Origin: a virus
Lineage: Duplodnaviria > Heunggongvirae > Uroviricota > Caudoviricetes
Reading direction: 5' to 3' (one strand)
IMG/VR virus record: IMGVR_UViG_3300020050_013219
DNA: 64,000 nt
The notes under the pieces were generated by a model. It was not told where the DNA came from. It did not search any database and worked only from the letters and a program-made list of their open reading frames with translations. Of the stretch, positions 18,753-27,926 are shown piece after piece; the first letter of the stretch is position 1, and every line of letters begins with the position of its first letter. The position numbers were made by a program, and so were the translations under genes.

Positions 18753-19016
18753 ATGAAATTTCTATTTGTAATAACAGACCAAAATCAATACAGAGTTGGT
18801 AATAAACATTTGCTCAAATTACCAAATTTTGCAACAATTGAAGAAAATAACATAATAATTCCTTTTGAAATAGGAAATTATTGTCGTTATGCACAGCCAT
18901 CATTTGAATGTGTAGATTTTATCATTGAAAACATTATTGTTGAATATGGAGAATTTACAGCAATAGATTCATTTGATAGACATTTCCCATTAAATTTTTG
19001 TTTTAAAATCAAATAA
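18753..19016 (+). CDS. Hypothetical protein
   Basis: 87 aa ORF with a TAATTTTG box at 18702-18709 upstream. Confidence 0.55.
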   Translation: MKFLFVITDQNQYRVGNKHLLKLPNFATIEENNIIIPFEIGNYCRYAQPSFECVDFIIENIIVEYGEFTAIDSFDRHFPLNFCFKIK

Positions 19017-19157
19017 AGAAGCAGGTAAGTTCACTGATTTTAGGGAAACATGTTAGCCTACAAAAATCATGTCCATAAACACGAGATAATCTGACGATTG
19101 ACTTAAACATTCAAATTATAAAACCTTCCGTTGAATAGGTAAAACGGAATTAATATT

Positions 19158-19928
19158 ATGAAAGTATTTTTTAGCACAGATTGGACATTAAATGATAGTT
19201 TATTAACAGAAGTTGATAACATCATTACTTTGCATCCACAAGAAGTAGTATTTACTCCAACATCAAACAATGTTTGCTTAATGGCTCACAATGAGCTTGG
19301 TGAAATAATTGCAACAAGCGGTTGTGGTGAAGAAGAACCACTTATCACAGAAGGATTTATTAGATTTTGGGCAGGTGAAGGATTTCCTGCTGAAATGGAC
19401 ATTGATGTTTCATTACTTTATATGGAAGATTATTTTGGGAAATTAGAAAGTAATCAACTTCCCGAAATTCCAAGTGAAATTATCACATTTACTGACAAGT
19501 TTGGTAATGTTTATGATTCTTTTCAGCAAATGCTTGCAGAAGAAGGCTTGCAAAGAAAAGATAAAGGACAATTTCTTGATTTTATCAACAATGAAGGAGA
19601 GCATTTCTCACAAGAAGTTGATAAGTTAATGGATGCACAATTTGATTTGGAAGCAATGGACTATGAAGCAAGAAAGAATTTGAAAAAACATACTCTTGTA
19701 AAGAAAGCTAATCTTCAACCAAGAGTTGATTTTCAATTACTTGTAAACTCATCATCAGACATTTGGAACGCAGGACATTTGTTAGGGATAAGTGAAGACC
19801 CTAACAATCCAACAGTAAAATTAGGACAGGATTCTGTGAAAAATTTGATGTTATTCTTCAAGCTTATGTCAAATCCTAAGTTTGCTACAAGAGCAAGCTT
19901 TGAGATTGAAAAGATTCTTAACAAATAA
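19158..19928 (+). CDS. Highly acidic hypothetical protein (256 aa, E/D-rich)
   Basis: Composition read directly. A 7-bp hairpin ttccgtt/aacggaa lies just upstream of the ATG. Confidence 0.65.
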   Translation: MKVFFSTDWTLNDSLLTEVDNIITLHPQEVVFTPTSNNVCLMAHNELGEIIATSGCGEEEPLITEGFIRFWAGEGFPAEMDIDVSLLYMEDYFGKLESNQLPEIPSEIITFTDKFGNVYDSFQQMLAEEGLQRKDKGQFLDFINNEGEHFSQEVDKLMDAQFDLEAMDYEARKNLKKHTLVKKANLQPRVDFQLLVNSSSDIWNAGHLLGISEDPNNPTVKLGQDSVKNLMLFFKLMSNPKFATRASFEIEKILNK

Positions 19929-20002
19929 AATAAGGAGTTTGAAAAGATAAAAACTAATCCTACGGTAGGGAAATATTAGTTCTCCTTTAATTTATCAACA
20001 AA

Positions 20003-20167
20003 ATGGAACAAAACAACATTTATCTTAGTTACACTTGGGCTGAATTACAATCCATAAAATCATTTATTGAAAAACAATTTGGTGATTCTACTAATGAAGT
20101 AGAAAAACGGGAATTGTTTAGAAAACTTCTCCAAATCAAAGCTGCTATAAATATTTTAACAAAATGA
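20003..20167 (+). CDS. Small ORF (54 aa) ATGA-coupled to the downstream lipoprotein gene
   Basis: Hand-translated MEQNNIYLSYTWAELQSIKSFIEKQFGDSTNEVEKRELFRKLLQIKAAINILTK. Its stop TGA overlaps the ATG at 20164. Confidence 0.45.
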   Translation: MEQNNIYLSYTWAELQSIKSFIEKQFGDSTNEVEKRELFRKLLQIKAAINILTK

Positions 20168-20787
20168 AAACAATTCTTTTCTCACTAATTTTCTGTGCAT
20201 TTTGCACACTTGCTCCTTTATCAACCTTATTGATTGGTTGTAATAAAGTTGAAGCTCAAATTGTTCCTGATTCATTAACTTATTATGATGATTTTGAAGA
20301 CTTTGTGTTCATAATTGGCAATTTACCATATATGCAAACAAAAAATGGTACTATTGAGATTCTAAGAGTTGCAAATGCTCACAAGTTGTACAGCTATATC
20401 TTAACAGAGCGTAATTATGACGAAGAATTTCCTGAAATATACATGGATGATTGGCAAGATTCTTCCCACGTTGTATGTGAATTTCGTGGTAAATTTTATT
20501 ATCATACTCACGAAAAGTTAAATATTCCTATTTTAGGCTATTTAATGTCGGAAAGTGATTATCCAATTACAGTATGTTATAGAGATGAAATATTTGTTGG
20601 AGAAGATTATAATCTTAATCTCAACAATATTTCAGAACCCTTACAAACATATTGCAGGACATTAACAGACTTTGAGGCACATATTTATCCAACTGAAAAT
20701 CCTTCAGAATTTAAAATATATTTTGGAGGTTGGGATAATGCAAAAGGAGAATATTCATATTTCAAATCAAAAATTATAATAACATAA
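20164..20787 (+). CDS. Lipoprotein (signal peptide with lipobox ...LLIGC)
   Basis: 207 aa with an N-terminal hydrophobic segment followed by Cys. Confidence 0.65.
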   Translation: MKTILFSLIFCAFCTLAPLSTLLIGCNKVEAQIVPDSLTYYDDFEDFVFIIGNLPYMQTKNGTIEILRVANAHKLYSYILTERNYDEEFPEIYMDDWQDSSHVVCEFRGKFYYHTHEKLNIPILGYLMSESDYPITVCYRDEIFVGEDYNLNLNNISEPLQTYCRTLTDFEAHIYPTENPSEFKIYFGGWDNAKGEYSYFKSKIIIT

Positions 20788-21503
20788 TGCAAAATACAAT
20801 CGTAATTAATGGAATCACTTACACACGTAATGATTCCATTGCGAAAGATGAAAAAACATCTTTTAATGAGAAAATAGAAACAGCATTTAAGCCAGTAATA
20901 TTTCTCAAAGAAGTTCTCAACAGAGGTTCTAAAAACCTTGATTGGGAAATAGCCTATTTTGAAAGACTAAGAGAAATCGCAAGAATATTTCATTTGGTTC
21001 ATAATGATTATCAAAATAATCATTTAAGACTTTTAGAAGTTAAAATTGGTTGGATTGAAAGAAACAGACTAACGGAATATTCTACAAATGGTAAAACTTT
21101 TCATGTATTTGCTAATAAGTTAAAAACAATACTTGACCAATTTCAACCACAATTTGATAAAGTTTGGGAAGAATTGAGAAATGTCTTTACTGATTCAGTG
21201 CAAGTAAGTAACGAGAAGAAACTTTTATTAGAATTAGTTATCCCTAATTGCAGATATTCTCATACTTTTGAAAAGTTTAGAAAATATTCTTTTCAAACTA
21301 CTGAAATGATTCCTTTTGCTCAAAAAATCATTGATATTGATAAGCAAATTGTAGCCGCAACATTGCCTTTATTTGAAGAAATAGAAAGTTTCTTTACAAA
21401 AGGTATTGAAAACATGTACAATGAATACATTATTGGAAAAGTCAAGGGGATGACCCTTGAAGATTGGAAAGATTTATCAACAAGTTCAAAACATTTCAGA
21501 TAA
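20787..21503 (+). CDS. Hypothetical protein
   Basis: 238 aa ORF with a TAATG overlap at both ends. Confidence 0.65.
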   Translation: MQNTIVINGITYTRNDSIAKDEKTSFNEKIETAFKPVIFLKEVLNRGSKNLDWEIAYFERLREIARIFHLVHNDYQNNHLRLLEVKIGWIERNRLTEYSTNGKTFHVFANKLKTILDQFQPQFDKVWEELRNVFTDSVQVSNEKKLLLELVIPNCRYSHTFEKFRKYSFQTTEMIPFAQKIIDIDKQIVAATLPLFEEIESFFTKGIENMYNEYIIGKVKGMTLEDWKDLSTSSKHFR

Positions 21504-21733
21504 TGGGATTTTTCGATTGGAAACCAAAAAAGCAAGAACCTGAAAAGGTTTATGCTATTACATCAACAACCACCATTTGTGGAACATTTTATGTTGATAA
21601 GAGAGGTAATAATGTTTGCTGTGCAATGGATTCAGCACAAAGCAATGGTAAAACGTTTGATAATGTGTATGCTAATCTTCAGGATTTGAAAAGAAAATAT
21701 CCTGAACGTAATTTTAACATAGAGGAAATATGA
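21503..21733 (+). CDS. Hypothetical protein (start trimmed to the ATG in TAATG overlap with the upstream stop)
   Basis: The track ORF is 21464-21733. An ATG at 21503 gives MGFFDWKPKK... (76 aa). Confidence 0.5.
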   Translation: MGFFDWKPKKQEPEKVYAITSTTTICGTFYVDKRGNNVCCAMDSAQSNGKTFDNVYANLQDLKRKYPERNFNIEEI

Positions 21734-21987
21734 AAACGGAAACATTAAACCAATTAAGTCAAGAAGATTTAGATTGGTTGAAAGAAAATTTTGTTCTTGC
21801 TGAAAATCTTATTAAAACTATTCCGCAAAAAGAAATAGCTAATAATATTTTAACAATTGAGCAAAAAGATACTACATTGAATGATAATGAAGTAAGACTT
21901 AACGCAATAAAACATGTAAAAAGTGTTTTAGGTCTTGGCTTAAAAGAAGCTAAAGATTTAGTTGATTATATCATTATTAATCAATAA
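21730..21987 (+). CDS. Small protein with a ribosomal bL12 (L7/L12) C-terminal-domain-like motif
   Basis: '[23 protein letters not shown]' matches bL12 '..[21 protein letters not shown]..'. The protein is only 85 aa and ends 7 residues after the motif. Confidence 0.55.
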   Translation: [85 protein letters not shown]

Positions 21988-22254
21988 AAATACATAAAGG
22001 TTTATACAGTAAAAATACAGTCATTTATAAGTACAATACACCGTAACAAGTGGAAGTTTTATTGACGAGAATGTGGGTACACATGAAGTATTTTCCTTTA
22101 AGACAGTTGGAAAACATCAACATTGTTGGTGATGCAGGTTTTGATTCTAAGTTTTACTGCATGGAGTTATGTTCCAAATACATATAGTTGTTAGGGAGAC
22201 ATTTATGTCAGAGGTGTAGAGCATGAACAACTTTTATTTTTAACTTTTCGCAAT

Positions 22255-22509
22255 ATGAAAATTACAATACCGAAAAATTTATTAGAATCAGTAGTTGAAA
22301 AATACTATGATTGGAAAATGTTAGGAAGAAGATTGAATAATAATTTAGAAGTTTTCAAAAATGGAGAAGAAAATTATGAGTTTGAAATAGATGGGTTTAA
22401 AGAAAACCCTGAATATTACATTGAAGATTTTCTCGAAAAAATTGATACGTTAGTAATATCTCAACAAGTAGAAATTCAAAGACTAAGAAATAAAATTGTT
22501 GAAAAGTAA
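22255..22509 (+). CDS. Hypothetical protein
   Basis: 84 aa ORF. Confidence 0.55.
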   Translation: MKITIPKNLLESVVEKYYDWKMLGRRLNNNLEVFKNGEENYEFEIDGFKENPEYYIEDFLEKIDTLVISQQVEIQRLRNKIVEK

Positions 22510-22544
22510 TTTTTGATTTACGAACAACTTTTAAAAAAATTCTT

Positions 22545-22618
22545 GGGTTTATAGCTCAATTGGTCAGAGCAACTGACTCATAATCAGTAGGTTACAGGTT
22601 CAAGTCCTGTTAAGCCCA
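22545..22618 (+). tRNA. tRNA with CAU anticodon (Met or Ile2-lysidine type; elongator-like, with G1-C72 paired)
   Basis: Full cloverleaf folded by hand: acceptor GGGTTTA/TAAGCCC, D-stem GCTC/GAGC, anticodon stem ACTGA/TCAGT, loop CTCATAA, T-stem ACAGG/CCTGT, T-loop TTCAAGT. 74 nt. Confidence 0.9.
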
Positions 22619-22642
22619 CAAAAGACAATTAGCTGAAATATC

Positions 22643-23185
22643 TTGTTTTCTATGAAAACGCATAAAAGTAGGCAACAAACAAACAATTTTTTAATTTTTA
22701 TTATTATGTCATTAGCTAAATCATTAGTAAACGCTGTTAAAACAGGCAAACAAACTTTCCGCTATGGTAGAACAGGAGAAAAAACAGCTCCTATTGGAAG
22801 TTTGACTTATGTGGAAAATCCAGGTTATCAAGATGCAGTATTTGGTACAGCCATTGTAACTTCTGCACCAAAAGAGTACAATCAAGTAAACAGTAAAGGT
22901 ACAAAGTACGGTATTGCAAACATTAAAGTTACAACTTTGGGAGCATTGAACAGTTATATTACATCAATGATGGTATTTGAGAAAAATAAAGACCTTATTG
23001 AAGTTGGTCAATCTGTTGAGTTCCAAATTTCATCAGAAATGGGTAAAACAAAAGCAGGAGACCCTGCGTTCAATGTACAACACCATCTTGCAGGAAGAGT
23101 TGCAATTCTTGATGAAGCATTTGATGAAGATTTTGATGCAGAACAAGAAGCAAGAATCAATGCAGAATTGATGAAAGCTGAATAA
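22643..23185 (+). CDS. Hypothetical protein with an acidic C-terminal tail (DEAFDEDFDAEQEA); the real start is probably the internal Met near 22706
   Basis: ORF directly after the tRNA and followed by a strong terminator. Confidence 0.6.
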   Translation: MFSMKTHKSRQQTNNFLIFIIMSLAKSLVNAVKTGKQTFRYGRTGEKTAPIGSLTYVENPGYQDAVFGTAIVTSAPKEYNQVNSKGTKYGIANIKVTTLGALNSYITSMMVFEKNKDLIEVGQSVEFQISSEMGKTKAGDPAFNVQHHLAGRVAILDEAFDEDFDAEQEARINAELMKAE

Positions 23186-23206
23186 TTGTTTCAGTAAAAC
23201 CTCATT

Positions 23207-23236
23207 AAGGAAGTAGGAGAAATCTTACTTCCTTTT
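23207..23236 (+). terminator. Intrinsic terminator (stem aaggaagta/tacttcctt, 10-nt loop, then tttt)
   Basis: Read directly, 22 nt after the stop. Confidence 0.6.
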
Positions 23237-23430
23237 CAAACAAATCTATGACAATATTCAACAACTTCACAGAAAACGGCAAAAAATATATTCCTAAAAA
23301 GCAACCTGAAACTAAAAGAGATAATAAAAATCTTATTATATTTGGGTATTTTGAAGAATATGAAAATAATAAATTACTAAATAGTAATGTTTATAAGGAG
23401 TTTACTTTTCCTCTTCCAAAATGAACAACT

Positions 23431-23916
23431 ATGAAAAAAGTACAAATGGTTTTAGCTAATAGATTGTTTAACAACGATTTACAGCATAAATTTTCAAGAA
23501 ATACATTTTATTTAGCAGAAATTTCAGAAATTGTGGATTGTTATCTTTTAGAAACTGATACAATAAAAGTATATTCTTTTCGTGAATTAAGTTTGGAAGA
23601 ACAAGAAAAATATACAATATTAGGTTCTGTTGAATATGTAGAACTTTGTATTAAACTATTTCAAATGTACGCTTCTGATTTTAAAATTAATGAAGAATAT
23701 GTTAATGATTTATTTCTAAGAGAAAACAATATGCTTAGATTCAACGCTCAATATGGAAATATTGAAAATAAAATTTGGGCAGATTACGGAGGAAATATTG
23801 CTACTTTATCTTTTGAACAAATGAAAAGTCTAAAACTTATAGATGTTCCAAAAGACAATAGTTTTGACTTTTTAGAATCAATTAAGTCTGAAAATAGACT
23901 TTTGTTTATAGAATAA
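23431..23916 (+). CDS. Hypothetical protein
   Basis: 161 aa ORF. Confidence 0.6.
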   Translation: MKKVQMVLANRLFNNDLQHKFSRNTFYLAEISEIVDCYLLETDTIKVYSFRELSLEEQEKYTILGSVEYVELCIKLFQMYASDFKINEEYVNDLFLRENNMLRFNAQYGNIENKIWADYGGNIATLSFEQMKSLKLIDVPKDNSFDFLESIKSENRLLFIE

Positions 23917-23918
23917 TT

Positions 23919-24395
23919 ATGAAAAAGCATAATACAAACGAGCAAAACAAAAGAAACAAGGTTTCTAATGATTTGTCCAGTTATCTACCGACTGAAAAAG
24001 GTGGAAAAATCCAAGATTTAGCTATTATCTTAGCTTTGTTGAAAAGTCAAGATAAAGATGGTAGATACCATTTGCAAAGTTTTGACCAAGCTATTGATTT
24101 AGTTCCTGAACCATTGTTTGTTGAACAAGATAATAAATATATTTCAGGAAATCTTGTTATTCGTGATAAAAAGAAAGTTTGTTTAGATTCACAAGAATTA
24201 CAAGCAAATCGTTGGGAAGCTGTAAAAGCTATTTACAGGACATTCTTTTCATCAACAACAGGATTTCCAGAATACTTAGCTGAAAAGTATCAGCCGAGAT
24301 TCAACCCAAAACAACTTGTTGAACTTATCAACAAAGAGTTGGAACATGGCAATCCTGCTGTTAGAAGTAGAAGTCATCAAATGATAGGATATTGA
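23919..24395 (+). CDS. Hypothetical protein
   Basis: 158 aa ORF. Confidence 0.6.
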   Translation: MKKHNTNEQNKRNKVSNDLSSYLPTEKGGKIQDLAIILALLKSQDKDGRYHLQSFDQAIDLVPEPLFVEQDNKYISGNLVIRDKKKVCLDSQELQANRWEAVKAIYRTFFSSTTGFPEYLAEKYQPRFNPKQLVELINKELEHGNPAVRSRSHQMIGY

Positions 24396-24648
24396 TTTAG
24401 AGGCAAAGTGAGATTAGCTAACTTACACCGAGTTTGCCCATAGTCTTGAAAAGTGCGGATAACACTGCATAATTTGGGAGATTAATATCGTTTTACCAAT
24501 TTCAAGATATAAATCAATTAAAAAATTAATCACTTGAAATAATAGCTGTGAAGCTATTTTTCGCTAATGTGCAAAAAGAACAAACTAAATGTTTGACTAA
24601 GATTCTAAACTCTTACAGTAGGGTTCTTGCTTAGTAATTTTTAATATT

Positions 24649-24954
24649 ATGATAACTGACAAACAATATTATCAAAGTATAATTCCAGGATTTGATGGAA
24701 CAGATGAAGAATTTATCCCAAAAATAATGGAAATGTACTTTCCAGGATTTATTCCGAAAAATAAAGATAGTTCTATCACAACAATGAAAGAAAAAATCAT
24801 TAAAATAATAGAATCTTATATTCCTAAATATGATTTAGAATCTTATAAAGATAGAAAAGATTATACAGGAATTATTCTTCATGGAAGAGAAATCCAAAAA
24901 TGTAATGAAGTTCAACATTATCAGAATTTAATAAAAGATATTGAAGAATTATGA
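24649..24954 (+). CDS. Hypothetical protein
   Basis: 101 aa ORF with a 4-nt overlap to the next gene. Confidence 0.55.
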   Translation: MITDKQYYQSIIPGFDGTDEEFIPKIMEMYFPGFIPKNKDSSITTMKEKIIKIIESYIPKYDLESYKDRKDYTGIILHGREIQKCNEVQHYQNLIKDIEEL

Positions 24955-25352
24955 AAAAATCATACTTAGATTTGAATAATGACAGATTTGATGTCAAGTT
25001 TATTGAACATGATATATCTAAATACGATGTATTATTTCATGTAACTCTCAAAGAAAATAGGAAAAGTATTGAGGAAAAGGGACTGTTAATAGGACAACCT
25101 AAATACAAAAGTATGATTGATACTAATATGCTTTTCTTTAGTTACCCTATTGATATGAATACTTCCGATTGTTTTAGATGGTCAGATGAGTATCATTCTT
25201 TAATAGTACTTGATGCAAAGAAATTAAAACAAGATGGTTTTATATTTTACGATGATTTTTGGGGAAGTATTGACCAATCTTCTAAAAGAAATCATTTGTG
25301 TTGTGAAAAGAATATACCAAAAGAGTATATTACAGAAATCATAGAATTTTAG
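24951..25352 (+). CDS. Hypothetical protein with a Tpt1/KptA-like (ADP-ribosyltransferase-fold) HGT-type motif
   Basis: 'FHVTLKENRKSIEEKGL' lines up with the RNA 2'-phosphotransferase motif 'YHGTSLENWESIKEQGL'. The protein is short (133 aa) and its later catalytic Arg/His residues are not evident. Confidence 0.5.
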   Translation: MKKSYLDLNNDRFDVKFIEHDISKYDVLFHVTLKENRKSIEEKGLLIGQPKYKSMIDTNMLFFSYPIDMNTSDCFRWSDEYHSLIVLDAKKLKQDGFIFYDDFWGSIDQSSKRNHLCCEKNIPKEYITEIIEF

Positions 25353-25378
25353 CCCAAAGAGGCTCACTAAAGTAAAAA

Positions 25379-26278
25379 ATGTTAAATGAAAAACTAAATG
25401 ACGATTTTTTTGATGATGAAGATGAAACAAATGTACAATTACAAGAAATGTACAATACATCTTTTCAGTCAGAAGAATTTAAAAATCAAGTAGAAAGTGA
25501 AGAAAAAAAGAAAGTAAGTCTAAATGAAGACCAAAGCATTTACATGAACTGCATTGAAAAACTTAGAGTTGGCACTTTTCATAAAGGAAAGTTTAAAGCC
25601 TTCAATAGGTCTTTTAAAGGCTATTATGTAGATGTATTTGGCTTTGATGTTCTATGCCCACTGAACAAAAAAGAGTTCTATAATTGGGCATTTGGACATG
25701 AATTGAATGAAGAAAGAAAAGCAGAAATAAAACGGTTTGAAAGATTCAGTCAAGATGAAAAGAAATCATTTATGATTGAATTAGAGAAACAACTTGTAGG
25801 TTTTGAATTGACTGTATTAATTACGGTTAATAAAGAGCTTAAAGTTGGAGCAATTAACATGGACAATCTTGTGAAAATAAGTTGGACATGGAATGAATAC
25901 AATTTGTATATTTTTGCAAATGGTATGAGATTGATAGATTATAGTTTTCTCAATTCTTATGAAAAAGAGAAAATACGTCAATTTATCATAGATGAAAAAT
26001 GTGATAAAAGTACAAAAACTATTTATTATCACAAATCTTTGGCGGCAGAAGGAATTACACTGCTACCAGAAGAAGAAATTGTAATTCAAAAAAGACTACT
26101 TCCAGATTTGCTTTATAAGTATGATTCTTACAATGCAAATGGCTATATTGACCCATTAAACCCTAATTTTGCAGTGGATGAGCATGGAAATGTAACTTCA
26201 ATGAGGTATAGTCAAATGCCTTTTTACTTGAAAAGTAGTCAGGTCAAACTTATGGGAAATTTAGATTGTTTAAAATAA
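25379..26278 (+). CDS. Hypothetical protein
   Basis: 299 aa ORF. Confidence 0.65.
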   Translation: MLNEKLNDDFFDDEDETNVQLQEMYNTSFQSEEFKNQVESEEKKKVSLNEDQSIYMNCIEKLRVGTFHKGKFKAFNRSFKGYYVDVFGFDVLCPLNKKEFYNWAFGHELNEERKAEIKRFERFSQDEKKSFMIELEKQLVGFELTVLITVNKELKVGAINMDNLVKISWTWNEYNLYIFANGMRLIDYSFLNSYEKEKIRQFIIDEKCDKSTKTIYYHKSLAAEGITLLPEEEIVIQKRLLPDLLYKYDSYNANGYIDPLNPNFAVDEHGNVTSMRYSQMPFYLKSSQVKLMGNLDCLK

Positions 26279-26289
26279 ACTAAAATAAA

Positions 26290-26670
26290 ATGAAAAAACT
26301 ATTATTTATGTTCCTACTTACTATTAGTATGGTAAGTTTTGCTCAACAAATGACAAAAGGGGAATTAACAGTGTTTATGAGTAATCTAACCACTGCCCCT
26401 AAAACTTGGTTTCAGTTATATGACCCTACTTTATGGAAGGATTACTGCAAAGGATATTCTAATGACTACATCTCTTTGAAAAAAGGAGAAGAAGTTATTG
26501 AAATTCATTACACTGATAATCAACCGTACATGGTTGAGATAAAGTGTTTTAATCATTACACTCTTTTCACCGAATTATTGGTTGAAAAGAAAATGTGGTT
26601 ACCAAATGATTCACATGATTATTGGGAATGTGGAATGTGGAATGGAAAACTAATCTGTACTAAGCAATGA
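26290..26670 (+). CDS. Secreted protein (signal peptide MKKLLFMFLLTISMVSFAQQ)
   Basis: 126 aa with an N-terminal signal peptide. Confidence 0.6.
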   Translation: MKKLLFMFLLTISMVSFAQQMTKGELTVFMSNLTTAPKTWFQLYDPTLWKDYCKGYSNDYISLKKGEEVIEIHYTDNQPYMVEIKCFNHYTLFTELLVEKKMWLPNDSHDYWECGMWNGKLICTKQ

Positions 26671-26831
26671 AAAACCAAAAAATTATAGGTTGGTTAGCAT
26701 TTCTTCTCATGGGTTTATTATTTATGATTTCAGTTTCATACCCGACCCAAAAAGCTGAAAAGATAACTACCAAAATAGATACTTGTGCAAAAGATACCAT
26801 TAGAGATACTTTGTTAATTTACCAAGAGTGA
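26667..26831 (+). CDS. Small membrane protein (54 aa, one TM helix), ATGA-coupled to the upstream gene
   Basis: Hand-translated MKNQKIIGWLAFLLMGLLFMISVSYPTQKAEKITTKIDTCAKDTIRDTLLIYQE. Its ATG overlaps the upstream TGA. Confidence 0.45.
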   Translation: MKNQKIIGWLAFLLMGLLFMISVSYPTQKAEKITTKIDTCAKDTIRDTLLIYQE

Positions 26832-26858
26832 GATACAGTAAAAACTGTAAAACCTGCT

Positions 26859-27233
26859 TTGGCAAGCAGGAAAATGAAAGTTCCAACAGATTCAGCGAAA
26901 GTTGGGTCTGTTGGTTTAATGGAAAGTGGAACAGCAAGTTATTATTGTTATAATTCTGTTAGATTCACTGCAAATGGCTCTAAATTCAATCCTAATGGAC
27001 TTACTTGTGCTTATTACAGAAATAGTAATGAGAAAAGAAAGTTCCTTAATCGTCAAATTAGAGTGTGTACAGACACTTGTATTACACTTCTTATAACTGA
27101 TAATGGTGAATTTCGTTCTGAAAAATATAAATCTTTATCCAGAGTAATTGACCTTACACCTTATGCGTTCAAATTACTTGGTGGAACAAAGAAACAAGGT
27201 GTTTTAAAAAATGTAACAGTTCAATTATTATGA
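26859..27233 (+). CDS. Hypothetical protein (the track start is TTG; an ATG at about 26874 gives MKVPTDS...)
   Basis: 124 aa ORF. A hairpin cctgctt/aagcagg overlaps the start region. Confidence 0.55.
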   Translation: MASRKMKVPTDSAKVGSVGLMESGTASYYCYNSVRFTANGSKFNPNGLTCAYYRNSNEKRKFLNRQIRVCTDTCITLLITDNGEFRSEKYKSLSRVIDLTPYAFKLLGGTKKQGVLKNVTVQLL

Positions 27234-27541
27234 CAAAAGAAGAAACAAAATTAGAATTAACTAAATCTAAAAAAGTAGAACCATTTTATATGATGGGAAC
27301 TACTGCTTATCATCAACTTGGAAATCTAAGTAGAGATGAAGAAGATTTATTTAGAGTTGTTGAAGAAACAGATGATTATTATGTTGGAAGTTGGATTGAA
27401 GGTTATGGGTTTTTCGGAGTATTATTTCCCAAAACAACAAGTAGAAGTCTTACAAAAGAAGAAATTGAAACATATAGTAATTTATCTTTTGGAATAGTTG
27501 GGAGTGGTTATAGTAATAAAATTGCAATAAATACTAAATGA
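27230..27541 (+). CDS. Hypothetical protein
   Basis: 103 aa ORF. Confidence 0.55.
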   Translation: MTKEETKLELTKSKKVEPFYMMGTTAYHQLGNLSRDEEDLFRVVEETDDYYVGSWIEGYGFFGVLFPKTTSRSLTKEEIETYSNLSFGIVGSGYSNKIAINTK

Positions 27542-27674
27542 AACTATATGACAACAACATTACCATTCATTATTGCTCAAGAAGTAATAACTGAAATGAA
27601 GAAAAACGGTAAAATTATTTCTATGATAAGAACATTCTTTGATGGAAATATTTTAAAACAAACAATCACAAGTT

Positions 27675-27926
27675 ATGACAAACAAACTAATAACTGATTG
27701 GCTTTATTGGTATTATTCTACACAAGAATATACTAAAATCTACACATTTGATAGAGTTGAGTTTACATCTGTCAATGATAACAATGGTTTTATAAGAGTT
27801 TATAAAATAAAACTTATAAATCTTAATACTGATGGTCATATTTCTGACTATGAAGTAGAAAAATGTTTAGATATTTCTATATTAGAGCTTTTAACATTTA
27901 TCTATGACCAAGCAACAACTACTTGA
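27675..27926 (+). CDS. Hypothetical protein
   Basis: 83 aa ORF. Confidence 0.5.
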   Translation: MTNKLITDWLYWYYSTQEYTKIYTFDRVEFTSVNDNNGFIRVYKIKLINLNTDGHISDYEVEKCLDISILELLTFIYDQATTT

